From an uncultured Gemmatimonadota bacterium (lineage in GTDB: Bacteria > JAAXHH01): 64,000 nucleotides of DNA. Below the pieces are notes generated by a model. That model was not told the origin of the DNA. It did not search any database and saw nothing but the letters and a program-made list of their open reading frames with translations. The translations under genes and the position numbers were made by a program. Within the stretch, counting starts at the first letter, position 1. Each line of letters starts with the position of its first letter. Positions 1 through 9,584 of the stretch are shown piece after piece. The stretch covers positions 2,976,001 to 3,040,000 of the forward strand of contig OX638340.1 in NCBI GenBank assembly GCA_951812955.1. The letters are read 5' to 3'.

Positions 1-421
1 TCGGCAGGTTCGCTTCGAAAACCTGGTCGAGCAACTTATGCCCTGGCTGAAAAAGTGCGAATACGATACGGGGGACATGCTGGCCGGATCGCGCAATCTT
101 CACGACGGGATGCAGCTCGTCGTCAGTGGCCGGGTTTCGGTCTACGATGCAATGGGCGCGCGGCTCCGCCAATACGGGCCCGGCAATGTTGTTGAACCCA
201 GGGCCGCGTTCGAATTGCTCCGACCCTCTTCCAGAGCCATTGCGGAAGAGCCCTGTGTAACGATGAAGCTAACACCAGGCCAGAGACGCGGCCTGGAATC
301 TGAGGTGCCCGGTCTCATCTGTGACCTCTACGGATACATGCTGACCGACGACGCCTGGACCGCTTCAGTCACCCCTGGAGAGAATCATGGACTTTATCCG
401 GAAGCGCAGAAGCAAGGGTAA
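1..421 (+). CDS. 3' fragment of a gene running in from upstream; cyclic-nucleotide-binding-like domain (tentative)
   Basis: ORF frame is open from position 2 with no start codon; segment ...GRVSVYDAMGARLRQYGPGNVVEPRAAFELL resembles the cNMP-binding beta-roll end (FGE-L-ALL-like). Confidence 0.3.
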   Translation, partial: RQVRFENLVEQLMPWLKKCEYDTGDMLAGSRNLHDGMQLVVSGRVSVYDAMGARLRQYGPGNVVEPRAAFELLRPSSRAIAEEPCVTMKLTPGQRRGLESEVPGLICDLYGYMLTDDAWTASVTPGENHGLYPEAQKQG

Positions 422-2180
422 GCCGGCTCGTAGCCTGGCCCTCATCGTCCTCATCCAATTGGCTACTCTGACGGCCTCCGCGCAGTACATGCCGGTCGGC
501 CCCGATGACGTGGTCGACCTGTCGCCGGTCATATCCGGACGCCATTACCAGTACTGGCCGGGAGGGCAGGTCCACCACCAGCCCCTCGTCGTACCCTATA
601 TCGTCCATGGCGACCGGCCCTGGGCATCGGACCTGATCATCCTGGACGAGAATACGGCGACGCAGACGGATACGCCGGCCCACATGATGCCGCCCCAGCA
701 CAGCGGGCTGCCGAACGCCCACTACTGGGGCGATTTGACGGTGGAGAAAGTCCCGGCATGGCAACTGGTGGGCGAGGTGTACAAGATCGACGGCCGTTCC
801 ATGCTGGACCAGGCTCCACCGGGCGTAAGCCCCCTGTTTACCATGGACCTGGTCAAGGCGGCCGAGGCAGCCCACAGGCCCATGGGGCCGGGCGATGCCG
901 TTTTGTATTGGAGCGGCTACGACGACCGCCACGATCTGCCCGTGCCCGAGGACCGCCGCCTGATCGTCGAACCGGTCGGCGGGACGGTACCCGGATGGCC
1001 CGCGCCCGATTACGATGCGGCCGAATACGTGGGCAGCCGGGGGGTGTGGCTGATGGGCATCGACAGCCCGAGCATGGGCGGGCTGGGCCCACCGAAGTAC
1101 GCGGCACAGGGTCCAGAGGGCATGTTCGAGAATCCTCTCGCCCTGGAAAGCCATCTCGGCCACTTCAAGTATGGCGCCGTCCATACCGAGGGATTGATCA
1201 ACCTGGGCAGGACACCCAACGGTTCGATGTACATCGCCCTGCCGGTGAAGCACGAGAACTCCCCCACGGTTGAAACCCGGGCCGCGGCCATTGTCAACCC
1301 CGCCCTGGCCTCGAGCCTGCTCGAAGCCGTGAAGGCCAAACGCGTGGTCGACCTGTCCGTCACCCTGTCCATGGAGCATCCAGTCTGGTGGCCGGGCCGC
1401 GGCGTGGGCCGCCACGTCTTCCCCTATTCGAGGGTACAACCCGTAAACTACTTCGATGGACCCTTCGGACCGTACTGGGTCAACACCCACATCATGGATG
1501 CCCATACAGGAACCCATGTGGATCCGCCCGCGCACTACGGTCCTCCGCCCGGATTCGATGAAGCCGCCTTTGACGAAACGACCCGCAGGGCGTTACGGGA
1601 CTTCGAGGCCGCTCACGGAACGCTCAAGCGTACGGAGAGAACGTCGGACAGGATCCCGCTGCACTGGTTCATGGGTCCCGCCCGGGTCATCAACGTGCAG
1701 CATCTTGTGGGGACGACCTCGCGGGAAGACTGGCCGGCGTCACCGGTCATCACGGTGGAGGACGTCAGAAGGCACGAAAGGTTATACGGAGAAATCGAGG
1801 GTGGGGAAGTCGTGCTTTTCCAGACCGGCCATACGGACGCCCACTTCCGCCGTTTCGAGCGCGGCCGAACGGATCAGAGCATCAAATCGCCCCTGGACGG
1901 GCTGTCCGAGGGCTGGCCGGCGCCGGGTCCGGACGTCATCGCCTACCTGGCCGGGAAAGGCGTGAAGCACGTCGGCATCGATGCGCCCGACATGGGTTCG
2001 GTGGATCCGGTTGAATCGATGAAGACGCACTGGGCGGCGGTGAACCACGACATGATCTTCACAGAGTATCTGATTGGCGTGGGGCAGCTTCCGTCGAAAG
2101 GGGCGTTCTACGTCTTCCTGAGTCCCCGGCTCGAGAACAATCACGGCGGACCGGGAAGGGCCATTGCCATACTACCGTAG
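387..2180 (+). CDS. secreted cyclase-family protein (kynurenine-formamidase-like fold), two tandem cyclase-like domains
   Basis: N-terminal signal-peptide-like segment (ARSLALIVLIQLATLTASAQ). C-terminal half has the cyclase-family motif HTGTHVDPPAHY plus HVGIDAPDMGS; N-terminal half has a degenerate copy (TDTPAHMMPPQH, MGIDSPSMGG). Confidence 0.55.
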   Translation: MDFIRKRRSKGKPARSLALIVLIQLATLTASAQYMPVGPDDVVDLSPVISGRHYQYWPGGQVHHQPLVVPYIVHGDRPWASDLIILDENTATQTDTPAHMMPPQHSGLPNAHYWGDLTVEKVPAWQLVGEVYKIDGRSMLDQAPPGVSPLFTMDLVKAAEAAHRPMGPGDAVLYWSGYDDRHDLPVPEDRRLIVEPVGGTVPGWPAPDYDAAEYVGSRGVWLMGIDSPSMGGLGPPKYAAQGPEGMFENPLALESHLGHFKYGAVHTEGLINLGRTPNGSMYIALPVKHENSPTVETRAAAIVNPALASSLLEAVKAKRVVDLSVTLSMEHPVWWPGRGVGRHVFPYSRVQPVNYFDGPFGPYWVNTHIMDAHTGTHVDPPAHYGPPPGFDEAAFDETTRRALRDFEAAHGTLKRTERTSDRIPLHWFMGPARVINVQHLVGTTSREDWPASPVITVEDVRRHERLYGEIEGGEVVLFQTGHTDAHFRRFERGRTDQSIKSPLDGLSEGWPAPGPDVIAYLAGKGVKHVGIDAPDMGSVDPVESMKTHWAAVNHDMIFTEYLIGVGQLPSKGAFYVFLSPRLENNHGGPGRAIAILP

Positions 2181-2195
2181 GAACGGGCGGCCGCC

Positions 2196-2334
2196 CCGCG
2201 CTCGACCGGTGGGTACGCAGCAACACTTACGCGCGCAAGTCCGGGCAGTGCGCGGCCGCACCGGTCCGGTCGGTACGCTGTACCTCCGCGCTCGACAGGT
2301 GGGTACGAAGCCACTCTTTGCCGCGCAGGTCCGT
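2196..2334. repeat. two ~48-bp imperfect direct repeats in the intergenic region (ccgcgctcgac[c/a]ggtgggtacg[c/a]agc...)
   Basis: Copies at 2196-2244 and 2287-2334, period about 91 bp, between the cyclase gene and the AhpD-like gene. Confidence 0.6.
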
Positions 2335-2358
2335 ATCCGCGTGTGGTAAAGCGGCGTC

Positions 2359-2937
2359 TTACGAATCCTCCGCGTCCCGCCCAATCCCCAGGGCGTCCGC
2401 AACGCGGTTGATGTAGTTGAACCACGACGCGATCAATGTGATCTGAAGGATGGCGACGTCGTCGAATCCTACGGACCGTAATCCATCGATATCGGTTTTC
2501 TGAATTCTCGTGGCATCCTCGGTGAGCCGGATGACGAAATCCAGCATCGCCCGATCCTGCTTTTCCAGCGGCGCACTGTCGTAATCGTACTTGAGTGATT
2601 CAACCAGCTCGCTGTCCAACGTGACCCGACGCAGAAACTCTGCGTGCGAGTCAATTCAGTAAACGCACCGGTTAACCGATGAGACCACGGTCGAGATCAT
2701 CTCGTGCTGGCGGCGGTTCAATGGAAGGTCGGGCGACATCAGCACGCCGAAGGTGGCGAAGGCGTGATGCAGCGCGTCCGGGATCAGCGAATGGGATGCC
2801 ACGATCCCGGAGGTGCCGTCTCCTGTGGGGTGCACCGGCGTGTCGTACTCCGCGGGATAGAGCGATCGCTGCGCCTCGAGGGCGGCGAGCAGCCGGTCAT
2901 CCCCTTCTGTCGCGGATATCGTCTTGATCCAGGCCAT
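2359..2937 (-). CDS. AhpD-like / carboxymuconolactone decarboxylase-family peroxidase-related protein with in-frame UGA (putative selenocysteine)
   Basis: ORFs 2656..2937 and 2359..2619 share one frame, separated only by TGA at 2656-2658. Joined sequence reads ...NRCVY-U-IDSH..., matching the AhpD-core redox motif C-x-x-C-x3-H with Sec at the second Cys. Hairpin ACGCAGA-GUU-UCUGCGU starts 10 nt downstream of the UGA. Confidence 0.5.
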
Positions 2938-4279
2938 GATCTTCTCCTGTATTGCTCGTTTGCGTGGATTGATTCCGAAACACGAGATAGTACACCGGAA
3001 TTCCCAGTGCGGTCACCCCCACGCCGATCATGGCCTGCAGCGGACTGTTGCCGAGCAGCAACAGCAGCACCACAGCAGCAAGGAGAAGAAACACGATCGG
3101 GGTGAAGGGATAAAGCGGGACCCGGTACGGCGGCATGTCCGGCCGTTTTCTGCGTATCACGAACATGCCCGCCACGGTCAGGGCGATAAACAGCACGGCG
3201 ACAAAGATGAAGTAATTCAGTATTTGCGTGAAGGTTCCCAGCCACACCAGCAGGGAGGCCAGTCCCCCCTGGATGGAGATCGCGAGATAGGGCGTGCCGA
3301 ATGTGGGATGGACCGTGCTGGCGAAACGGAGGAAGACGCCGTCCGTGGCCATGGCGTAGTATACCCTTGGCGCCATCAACAACAACCCGGTGAGACTGCC
3401 GACGATGGAGAGGATGACCACGGAGGAGAATAGGATGCCCCCGCTTCTTCCGAACAGCACCTCGCCGGCCTGGGCCGCGAAAGTCTCGTCGCTGGTGACC
3501 TGGGAGACCGGCACGAGATACATGAAGACGGCGCTCGTGGAGATATAGGTCAACGCGACAATAACCACGGCCAGTAGCAACGCCCTGGGCAGGGTCTTGG
3601 CCGGATCGCGGATTTCGCCGGCCACCTTGTTCAGATCCCACCAGCCGGCGAAGGCGAAGAATGCGCCCACGATGCCGCCCGCGAGCGCGCCGAACAGCGG
3701 TCCAGAGTCCGCGGGCCGTGCCACGAAGGGGGTGAAATTCGACCAGTCGCCGAGGCCCAGGCCGAAGCCCAGGATGGATATGACGGCGAGTACACCGACC
3801 TTGAAAATCGTCAGCAGGACGATGATCAACGCGCCGATGCGCACGCCGTAGATGTTCACTCCGGTGAGGACGATCAACACGGCGATGGCGAACATCTTCA
3901 TCGCGGCCGGCTCCATCGGATAGATGTGGGCCGCGTAACTCGCCATGCCGGTCGCCAGGGTCGCCGTGATTCCCGGATCCAGCACCATAAGCGACATCCA
4001 GCCGTACAGGAAGGCGGTCCGGGTGCCGTAAGCCTCGCGAAGATAGACGTATCCGCCACCCGCGTGGGGAAACCGGGAAGCCAGTTCTCCAAAGCAAAGC
4101 GATCCGCTCAGGGCCATCCCTGCCATCGCCAGCCAGATGACGAGCAGTAGCAGGGGGGATCCCAAAGACTTGGCCATCCCGGCGGGTACCAGGAATATGC
4201 CCACGGCGATCATGCCGCTGATCACCATCGCCGTGGTCGGCCAGATACCCAGTTGTCGACGCAGGTTACCCGAGGTCAT
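2897..4279 (-). CDS. APC-family amino acid permease
   Basis: 460 aa, about 12 predicted TM helices, N-terminal region typical of APC amino-acid/polyamine permeases (GxxxGxGIFxxP-like). Confidence 0.7.
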   Translation of the reverse strand: MTSGNLRRQLGIWPTTAMVISGMIAVGIFLVPAGMAKSLGSPLLLLVIWLAMAGMALSGSLCFGELASRFPHAGGGYVYLREAYGTRTAFLYGWMSLMVLDPGITATLATGMASYAAHIYPMEPAAMKMFAIAVLIVLTGVNIYGVRIGALIIVLLTIFKVGVLAVISILGFGLGLGDWSNFTPFVARPADSGPLFGALAGGIVGAFFAFAGWWDLNKVAGEIRDPAKTLPRALLLAVVIVALTYISTSAVFMYLVPVSQVTSDETFAAQAGEVLFGRSGGILFSSVVILSIVGSLTGLLLMAPRVYYAMATDGVFLRFASTVHPTFGTPYLAISIQGGLASLLVWLGTFTQILNYFIFVAVLFIALTVAGMFVIRRKRPDMPPYRVPLYPFTPIVFLLLAAVVLLLLLGNSPLQAMIGVGVTALGIPVYYLVFRNQSTQTSNTGEDHGLDQDDIRDRRG

Positions 4280-4318
4280 GAAGAAGGTTTCATTGAGGCC
4301 GCGGTATGGACCGGTTGC

Positions 4319-5122
4319 TCACACCAGTTCAGGTTCGTTTTCGATCCGGCTCAACCAGTAGTGGTTGTCGAACTGGTCGTCTCCGGTCAGGAATCGCCAG
4401 AAGTGGATACGATTGACGTGTTCGATGCGTTCCTCGTTCCCGTGCCAGGGCTGGTTCGTACTTAAAATATGGTTTACTTCCGGGTCGTCGATGTCGTCCG
4501 TATTCCACAGACGCAGCTGCCGGACCGTGGGGTTGAGGCGCAGTTTGAACATGTAACGCTTTTCGTCGGTCCGGTTCGGCTGGGCGCAGTGCCACATGCC
4601 GTGATGGAGGACGATTACCGTCCCGGCCTTGCACACCATGGGTACCTGCCCCACGAAGTTGTGATACCGGGCGATGTCGGATTCACTGATCCGGCGGTAG
4701 TGGCTTCCGGGCAGGATCAACGTTCCGCCCATCTCCCTGGGCGTATCGTGGGCGAAATACATGAACTGGATGTCGAAATGCTTCCGCGTGTCGATAATGG
4801 CGTCCGCGTGCCAGTGCTGTCCGAAATGGTGGCCCGCCGCCACGGTGTGCACGGCATGGTGGTCGTACAGCGGGTCCTTTCCCACGAGACTGTGGATGAT
4901 ACCTTCGATCTCCGGCAGCCTGAACACACGTCCCACGGCCGTATCGTTCCAGATCGTGCTCAGGGGCGAACCCGCTTCTTCCCGGGGTACGGCCTGGTCG
5001 TCCATCTCCCGTTTAACGGCACGGTTGAGCTCATCGGGAACCAGTTCATCGAAGCGGAGATATCCTTCCGCGACAAACCGGGCCATCTGCTTGGAATTCA
5101 ATAGATGGGTGCTGTCAGCCAT
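4319..5122 (-). CDS. phytanoyl-CoA dioxygenase (PhyH)-family Fe(II)/2-oxoglutarate oxygenase
   Basis: HWHAD (HxD) iron-binding motif and distal His (HHGMWH); size and motif spacing typical of the PhyH family. Confidence 0.6.
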   Translation of the reverse strand: MADSTHLLNSKQMARFVAEGYLRFDELVPDELNRAVKREMDDQAVPREEAGSPLSTIWNDTAVGRVFRLPEIEGIIHSLVGKDPLYDHHAVHTVAAGHHFGQHWHADAIIDTRKHFDIQFMYFAHDTPREMGGTLILPGSHYRRISESDIARYHNFVGQVPMVCKAGTVIVLHHGMWHCAQPNRTDEKRYMFKLRLNPTVRQLRLWNTDDIDDPEVNHILSTNQPWHGNEERIEHVNRIHFWRFLTGDDQFDNHYWLSRIENEPELV

Positions 5123-5423
5123 CGACCACCTCCATTTTTTCGAGTATGTACTCGTACTTGAGATAGGACACCTGGTATTCCGTACCCGGATAGGCCGGGT
5201 ACTGCTGGGGAAACTGTACGACCCGCCAGCCGTCTCTCATGGCGTCTACCACCGAATCGTAAGGTGGATTCGTAGCGCCGCCGGAGTCGGCCGCATCGCC
5301 CGAGGTGTGCCGCTCGTCGGCAGACGCGGTCCCATCGTATTCGGACCAGGCCACGACGCCGGCATGCAGGTCGGGAGTCCGCAGATAGAGCACCAGCAGC
5401 TTCTGACGTGATTCTGACATCAT
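5115..5423 (-). CDS. hypothetical protein (102 aa), translationally coupled to PhyH-family gene
   Basis: 8-nt overlap with downstream dioxygenase gene and 13-nt gap to upstream gene; no recognisable motif. Confidence 0.35.
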   Translation of the reverse strand: MMSESRQKLLVLYLRTPDLHAGVVAWSEYDGTASADERHTSGDAADSGGATNPPYDSVVDAMRDGWRVVQFPQQYPAYPGTEYQVSYLKYEYILEKMEVVDG

Positions 5424-5435
5424 GTTCCTTTCAGG

Positions 5436-5927
5436 TCATCCGGTTCCCGTGATGCGCTCGATCGTGCCGGTGGTGGACATTCCATCCATCACAGGTACCC
5501 TTTCCACGCGGCCGCCGTAGGCTTCCACCACGTCCCAACCCACCACTTCTTCGTGACCGTAGTGGCCTCCTTTGACGAGGATATCCGGTTTGAGCAGGAG
5601 GAGGAGGGGGATGGGGGTCGGTTCTTGAAAGAGGACCACGTGATCCACGCAGGCCAGGGCACCGAGCATGAAAGCCCGTTCCGATTCGTCGTATATCGGG
5701 CGTCCCTCGTCCTTGATCGTCCGGACGGAATCGTCGGTATTTATAGCCACGATCAGCAGGTCGCCGAATGAGCGCGCGGTCTGCAGCAGGTGGACGTGGC
5801 CGGGATGGAGCAAATCGAAACACCCGTTCGTAAACACGACAGTGCTGCCCTTCTGTCGTACGCGCTCCACCACCTTTGCAAGTTCATCGCGCTCGATGAG
5901 TTTGCCACAGGGTTGGCGAAGGTGCAT
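5436..5927 (-). CDS. cytidylyltransferase-like protein, RfaE domain II / HldE C-terminal-like (D-glycero-beta-D-manno-heptose-1-phosphate adenylyltransferase family)
   Basis: TNGCFDLLHPGHVHLL nucleotidyltransferase (HxGH) motif; 163 aa. Confidence 0.65.
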   Translation of the reverse strand: MHLRQPCGKLIERDELAKVVERVRQKGSTVVFTNGCFDLLHPGHVHLLQTARSFGDLLIVAINTDDSVRTIKDEGRPIYDESERAFMLGALACVDHVVLFQEPTPIPLLLLLKPDILVKGGHYGHEEVVGWDVVEAYGGRVERVPVMDGMSTTGTIERITGTG

Positions 5928-6039
5928 AGCGGACCACAGGGTGCAATGAACGGGTAAGCCGGGCTGTTCTTGATGTAATATCGCGGGAGCCGGGAACTGT
6001 CAACCTAAATTACCAGCAGGAAGCCGTGAGATCTCGAGT

Positions 6040-7140
6040 TCAGGACCGCACGAACACCATGCCGGGCAACTGACGTACCGCGCCTTTGAGTTCGAGCGCC
6101 AGCAGAACGCCAAGGGCCTGCGACGAGGTGAGGGACTGGCCGGAAGCCAATTGATCGATGTGTTTCGGTTCCGACGATACCCGGCTGTACATGTTTTCTT
6201 CCTCGGACGACAGGTCGAACGACGGGGCAACCGGTCTGCGTTCGACCTTCGCAGGATCGAAATCGAGGTGCGGAGCCAGTTCTTCCACCACGTCCTCGAT
6301 CCGCTGGATCAGCTTGGCCGTGCCGTCTTTGATCAGCCTGTTGACCCCCTCGCTGCAGGGGGCTTTCAGCGGACCGGGAACGGCAAAGACCTCGCGGCCC
6401 TGGTCCAGGGCGAATCGGGCGGTGATCAGCGCTCCGCTGTTTTCTCCGGCCTCCACCACGACCGTACCCAGCGTTGATCCGCTGATGATCCGGTTCCGCT
6501 GGGGGAAATTTACCGCGTCCGGACCCGTACCGAAAGGATGTTCCGTCATCACGGCGCCATGGTCCCTGATCGATGCCATCAACTTACGGTTTTCCGCGGG
6601 ATAGGGCCTGTCCAGCCCCGATCCCAGCACAGCTACGGTACGGCCGTTCCCCTTCAGGGCCGTCCTGTGCGCGAGCGTGTCCACGCCACGGGCCATGCCG
6701 CTTACGACGGTGAAACCGTGCGCGCTCAGCTCGGCGCTGAACTCCTCGGCAATTCTCCGGCCGTAGGAAGAGGCATTCCGCGTTCCCACGATGGCGATGG
6801 ACTGTTCGTCCTTCGTCTCCCAGCGGCCGGAAACGAACAGCAACGGCGGTGGATCGTATATCTCGCGAAGCCGCCCAGGATATTCCTGGTGTTGGAAGGT
6901 GACGATTTGCGCGTCATACCGTTCCAGGAGTCGCAACTGGCGGTCGACAAAGGCCTGGTCCCGGTGGGTGCGTATCGCCCGGGCAATCTGCGGACCCAGC
7001 CCCGCTATCGCGGTCAATTCGTCCGTGGGAGCGGAAAGGGCGGCAGCGGGCGTCCCGAACTTGCGGAGCAATGCCTGGTACCGCGCCGCGCCTACACCCG
7101 GTACGCGGGCCAGTGTGAGCCAGGATGCCAGATCCGACAT
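6040..7140 (-). CDS. dprA: DNA processing protein DprA (Smf)
   Basis: Rossmann-like DprA core (IVGTRNASSYG...VVSGMARGVDTLAH...GSGLD) and C-terminal winged-helix extension. Confidence 0.85.
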   Translation of the reverse strand: MSDLASWLTLARVPGVGAARYQALLRKFGTPAAALSAPTDELTAIAGLGPQIARAIRTHRDQAFVDRQLRLLERYDAQIVTFQHQEYPGRLREIYDPPPLLFVSGRWETKDEQSIAIVGTRNASSYGRRIAEEFSAELSAHGFTVVSGMARGVDTLAHRTALKGNGRTVAVLGSGLDRPYPAENRKLMASIRDHGAVMTEHPFGTGPDAVNFPQRNRIISGSTLGTVVVEAGENSGALITARFALDQGREVFAVPGPLKAPCSEGVNRLIKDGTAKLIQRIEDVVEELAPHLDFDPAKVERRPVAPSFDLSSEEENMYSRVSSEPKHIDQLASGQSLTSSQALGVLLALELKGAVRQLPGMVFVRS

Positions 7141-7232
7141 GGACAGATCCTTACAAATCGTGCATTCGAAGCAGGTTCGCTTGGCAGGGGTCAGGTGGCA
7201 AACGTCTGAGCGTGCGGTTCTCCGACTTAATT

Positions 7233-8258
7233 TCAGTCGAGACCGGCGGGACCGATCTCGTAAAGAATCCGGCCGATCTCCCGCAGGAACTCGGGGATGC
7301 CTTCGCCGGTGGCGGATGAGATCGCCAGCACGGGGTTATTGCGTTGCCCGGCGTGTTTGCCGCGGACGGGATCCACCGGGAGACTTTCCAGCATGGAACG
7401 ATCCACGATCAGGTCCAGTTTGGAAAACACGACCAGGGCGGGACGGGAAAGGAGTACGGAGTTGAACTCGCGGAGTTCGCTGACGAGCACCTCATAGTCG
7501 TGCAGGGGATCGGGCTGGCTCGCGTCGAGCAGAAAGACGAGGATCCGGGTCCGCTCGATGTGTCGGAGAAACTGGTGGCCGAGGCCCTTGCCTTCATGGG
7601 CGCCCTCGATCAGGCCCGGGATGTCCGCCATGACGAAGCGGTCGTATTCCCCCAGCTTGACGATGCCCAGGTTGGGTTCGAGGGTGGTGAAGGGATAGTC
7701 GGCGATTTTGGGTCTTACGGCGGACAGGCGGGACAATAGGGTGGACTTACCCGCGTTCGGATGACCGACCAGCCCCACGTCGGCGATCAGCTTCAGTTCG
7801 AGTTCGAGCAGGCGTTCCTCGCCCAACTGGCCTTCTTCCCAGCGACGGGGCGCCCGGTTGGTAGAGGTGGCGAAGGCCGAGTTGCCACGGCCTCCGTTTC
7901 CCCCGCGGGCGATGACCAGGGTCTGGTCCTCCCCGACCATGTCTGAGATTACCGACCCGGTCTCCCGGTCCTTGACGATGGTCCCGGGGGGGACGCCGAT
8001 CACCAGATCCGGCGCGTTCCGCCCATGCATGTCCTTACCCAGTCCGTGCGTGCCGTTCCTTGCCCGGTAAAGGTGCTGGAACTGGAAATCGAGCAGGGTG
8101 CGCTTGCCCGGGTCGACCCGCAGGACGACATGGCCGCCGTCGCCTCCGTGGCCGCCGTCCGGCCCGCCCCGCGGTACGTTCTTCTCACGCCGGAAACTGC
8201 AGCAGCCGTTGCCGCCGCGCCCGGCTTTTACGTGGATTCTCGCAAAGTCGACGAACAT
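7233..8258 (-). CDS. obg: GTPase Obg/CgtA
   Basis: Gly-rich Obg fold N-terminus (AGRGGNGCCSFRREK...GGPDGGHGGDGG), G1 motif GHPNAGKST, DIPGLIEGA switch. Confidence 0.9.
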   Translation of the reverse strand: MFVDFARIHVKAGRGGNGCCSFRREKNVPRGGPDGGHGGDGGHVVLRVDPGKRTLLDFQFQHLYRARNGTHGLGKDMHGRNAPDLVIGVPPGTIVKDRETGSVISDMVGEDQTLVIARGGNGGRGNSAFATSTNRAPRRWEEGQLGEERLLELELKLIADVGLVGHPNAGKSTLLSRLSAVRPKIADYPFTTLEPNLGIVKLGEYDRFVMADIPGLIEGAHEGKGLGHQFLRHIERTRILVFLLDASQPDPLHDYEVLVSELREFNSVLLSRPALVVFSKLDLIVDRSMLESLPVDPVRGKHAGQRNNPVLAISSATGEGIPEFLREIGRILYEIGPAGLD

Positions 8259-8318
8259 GGGATATATCCGGGGTAACCCATCATCCGCGTTCGGTTAAAC
8301 GGACGCAGCGATCGATAT

Positions 8319-9548
8319 CTACATCCGTTCTATGATGGCGGTGCCGAATTCCGAGCACCTTACTTCCTTCGCGCTGTCCATCAGCCTGGCGAAATCGTAG
8401 GTCACGATCCTGTCCGCTATGGCCTTTTCGATACCCTGAACGATGAGGTCGGCCGCTTCGTCCCACCCGAGATGCCGGAGCATCAACTCGCCTGAAAGAA
8501 CGACCGAGCCGGGGTTGACCTTGTCCTGATTTGCGTATTTCGGCGCCGTGCCGTGGGTCGCTTCGAACACGGCATGCCCGGTAAGGTAGTTTATGTTGCC
8601 GCCCGGCGCGATGCCGATACCGCCCACCTGGGCAGCCAGCGCGTCGGAGATGTAATCGCCGTTCAGGTTCATGGTGGCGATGACGTCGAACTCGTCGGGA
8701 CGGGTCAGGATTTGCTGAAGGAAAATATCGGCGATGGCGTCCTTGATCAGGATCCTGCCTTGCGGGACGTTGCCCTGGCATTCGTCCCAGCTGATCAGCC
8801 GGTCCGGATACTCCTCCGCCGCGAGTTCGTATCCCCACTTCTGGAACGCGCCTTCGGTGTATTTCTGGATGTTGCCCTTGTGCACCAGCGTGACGCTATT
8901 TCGGTTCCGCGCGATGGCGTACTCGATCGCCGCCCGGATCAACCGCTTGCTTCCGGCCTCGCTGATCGGCTTGATGGCGATGCCCGAATCGGACCGGATG
9001 TCCCATCCGAACTGTTCCCTGCAGAATGCGATCAGCCTGCCGGCCTCGTCGCTGTAGGCCTCATGTTCCTTTCCTGCGTATACGTCCTCCGTATTTTCGC
9101 GGAAGATGACCATGTCCACTTTTTCGGGATGACGCACGGGACTGGGCACCCCGGTGAACCATCGTACGGGTCTCAGGCAAACGTACAGGTCGAGGATCTG
9201 GCGCAGCGCCACGTTCAGACTGCGGATACCGCCCCCCACAGGGGTGGTCAGGGGACCCTTGATCCCCACCAGGTATTCCTGGAAACGCGCCACGGTCTCG
9301 TCCGGCAGCCAACTGCCTGTAAGGTTGAAAGCTTTCTCTCCTGCCAGCACCTCGTGCCACCTGATGCGCCGATCTCCGCCGTACGCCTTTTCAACGGCGG
9401 CTTCGAAAACGCGTTGCGCCGTCCTCCATATATCAGGTCCCGTGCCGTCGCCCTCGATAAAGGGAATGACCGGCTGGTCGGGGACGTTCAGCACGCCCCG
9501 GTCATCAATGGTGATGGGTTGTCCACCAGCGGGTGGTTTAGTCGTCAT
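8319..9548 (-). CDS. icd: NADP-dependent isocitrate dehydrogenase
   Basis: 409 aa with canonical IDH motifs ([25 protein letters not shown]). Confidence 0.9.
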   Translation of the reverse strand: MTTKPPAGGQPITIDDRGVLNVPDQPVIPFIEGDGTGPDIWRTAQRVFEAAVEKAYGGDRRIRWHEVLAGEKAFNLTGSWLPDETVARFQEYLVGIKGPLTTPVGGGIRSLNVALRQILDLYVCLRPVRWFTGVPSPVRHPEKVDMVIFRENTEDVYAGKEHEAYSDEAGRLIAFCREQFGWDIRSDSGIAIKPISEAGSKRLIRAAIEYAIARNRNSVTLVHKGNIQKYTEGAFQKWGYELAAEEYPDRLISWDECQGNVPQGRILIKDAIADIFLQQILTRPDEFDVIATMNLNGDYISDALAAQVGGIGIAPGGNINYLTGHAVFEATHGTAPKYANQDKVNPGSVVLSGELMLRHLGWDEAADLIVQGIEKAIADRIVTYDFARLMDSAKEVRCSEFGTAIIERM

Positions 9549-9584
9549 GCGGGTTTCTTCCTCCTTCTGCCGAATGGATAATTA

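Noticed and set aside
369-1535. 388-aa minus-strand ORF overlapping the cyclase gene
   Set aside because: Shadow ORF antisense to a motif-supported gene; Arg/Gly/Pro-rich composition typical of GC-rich antisense frames.
2784-4097. 437-aa minus-strand ORF overlapping the permease gene in another frame
   Set aside because: Off-frame overlap of the permease coding region; low-complexity R/G/P-rich translation with no motifs.
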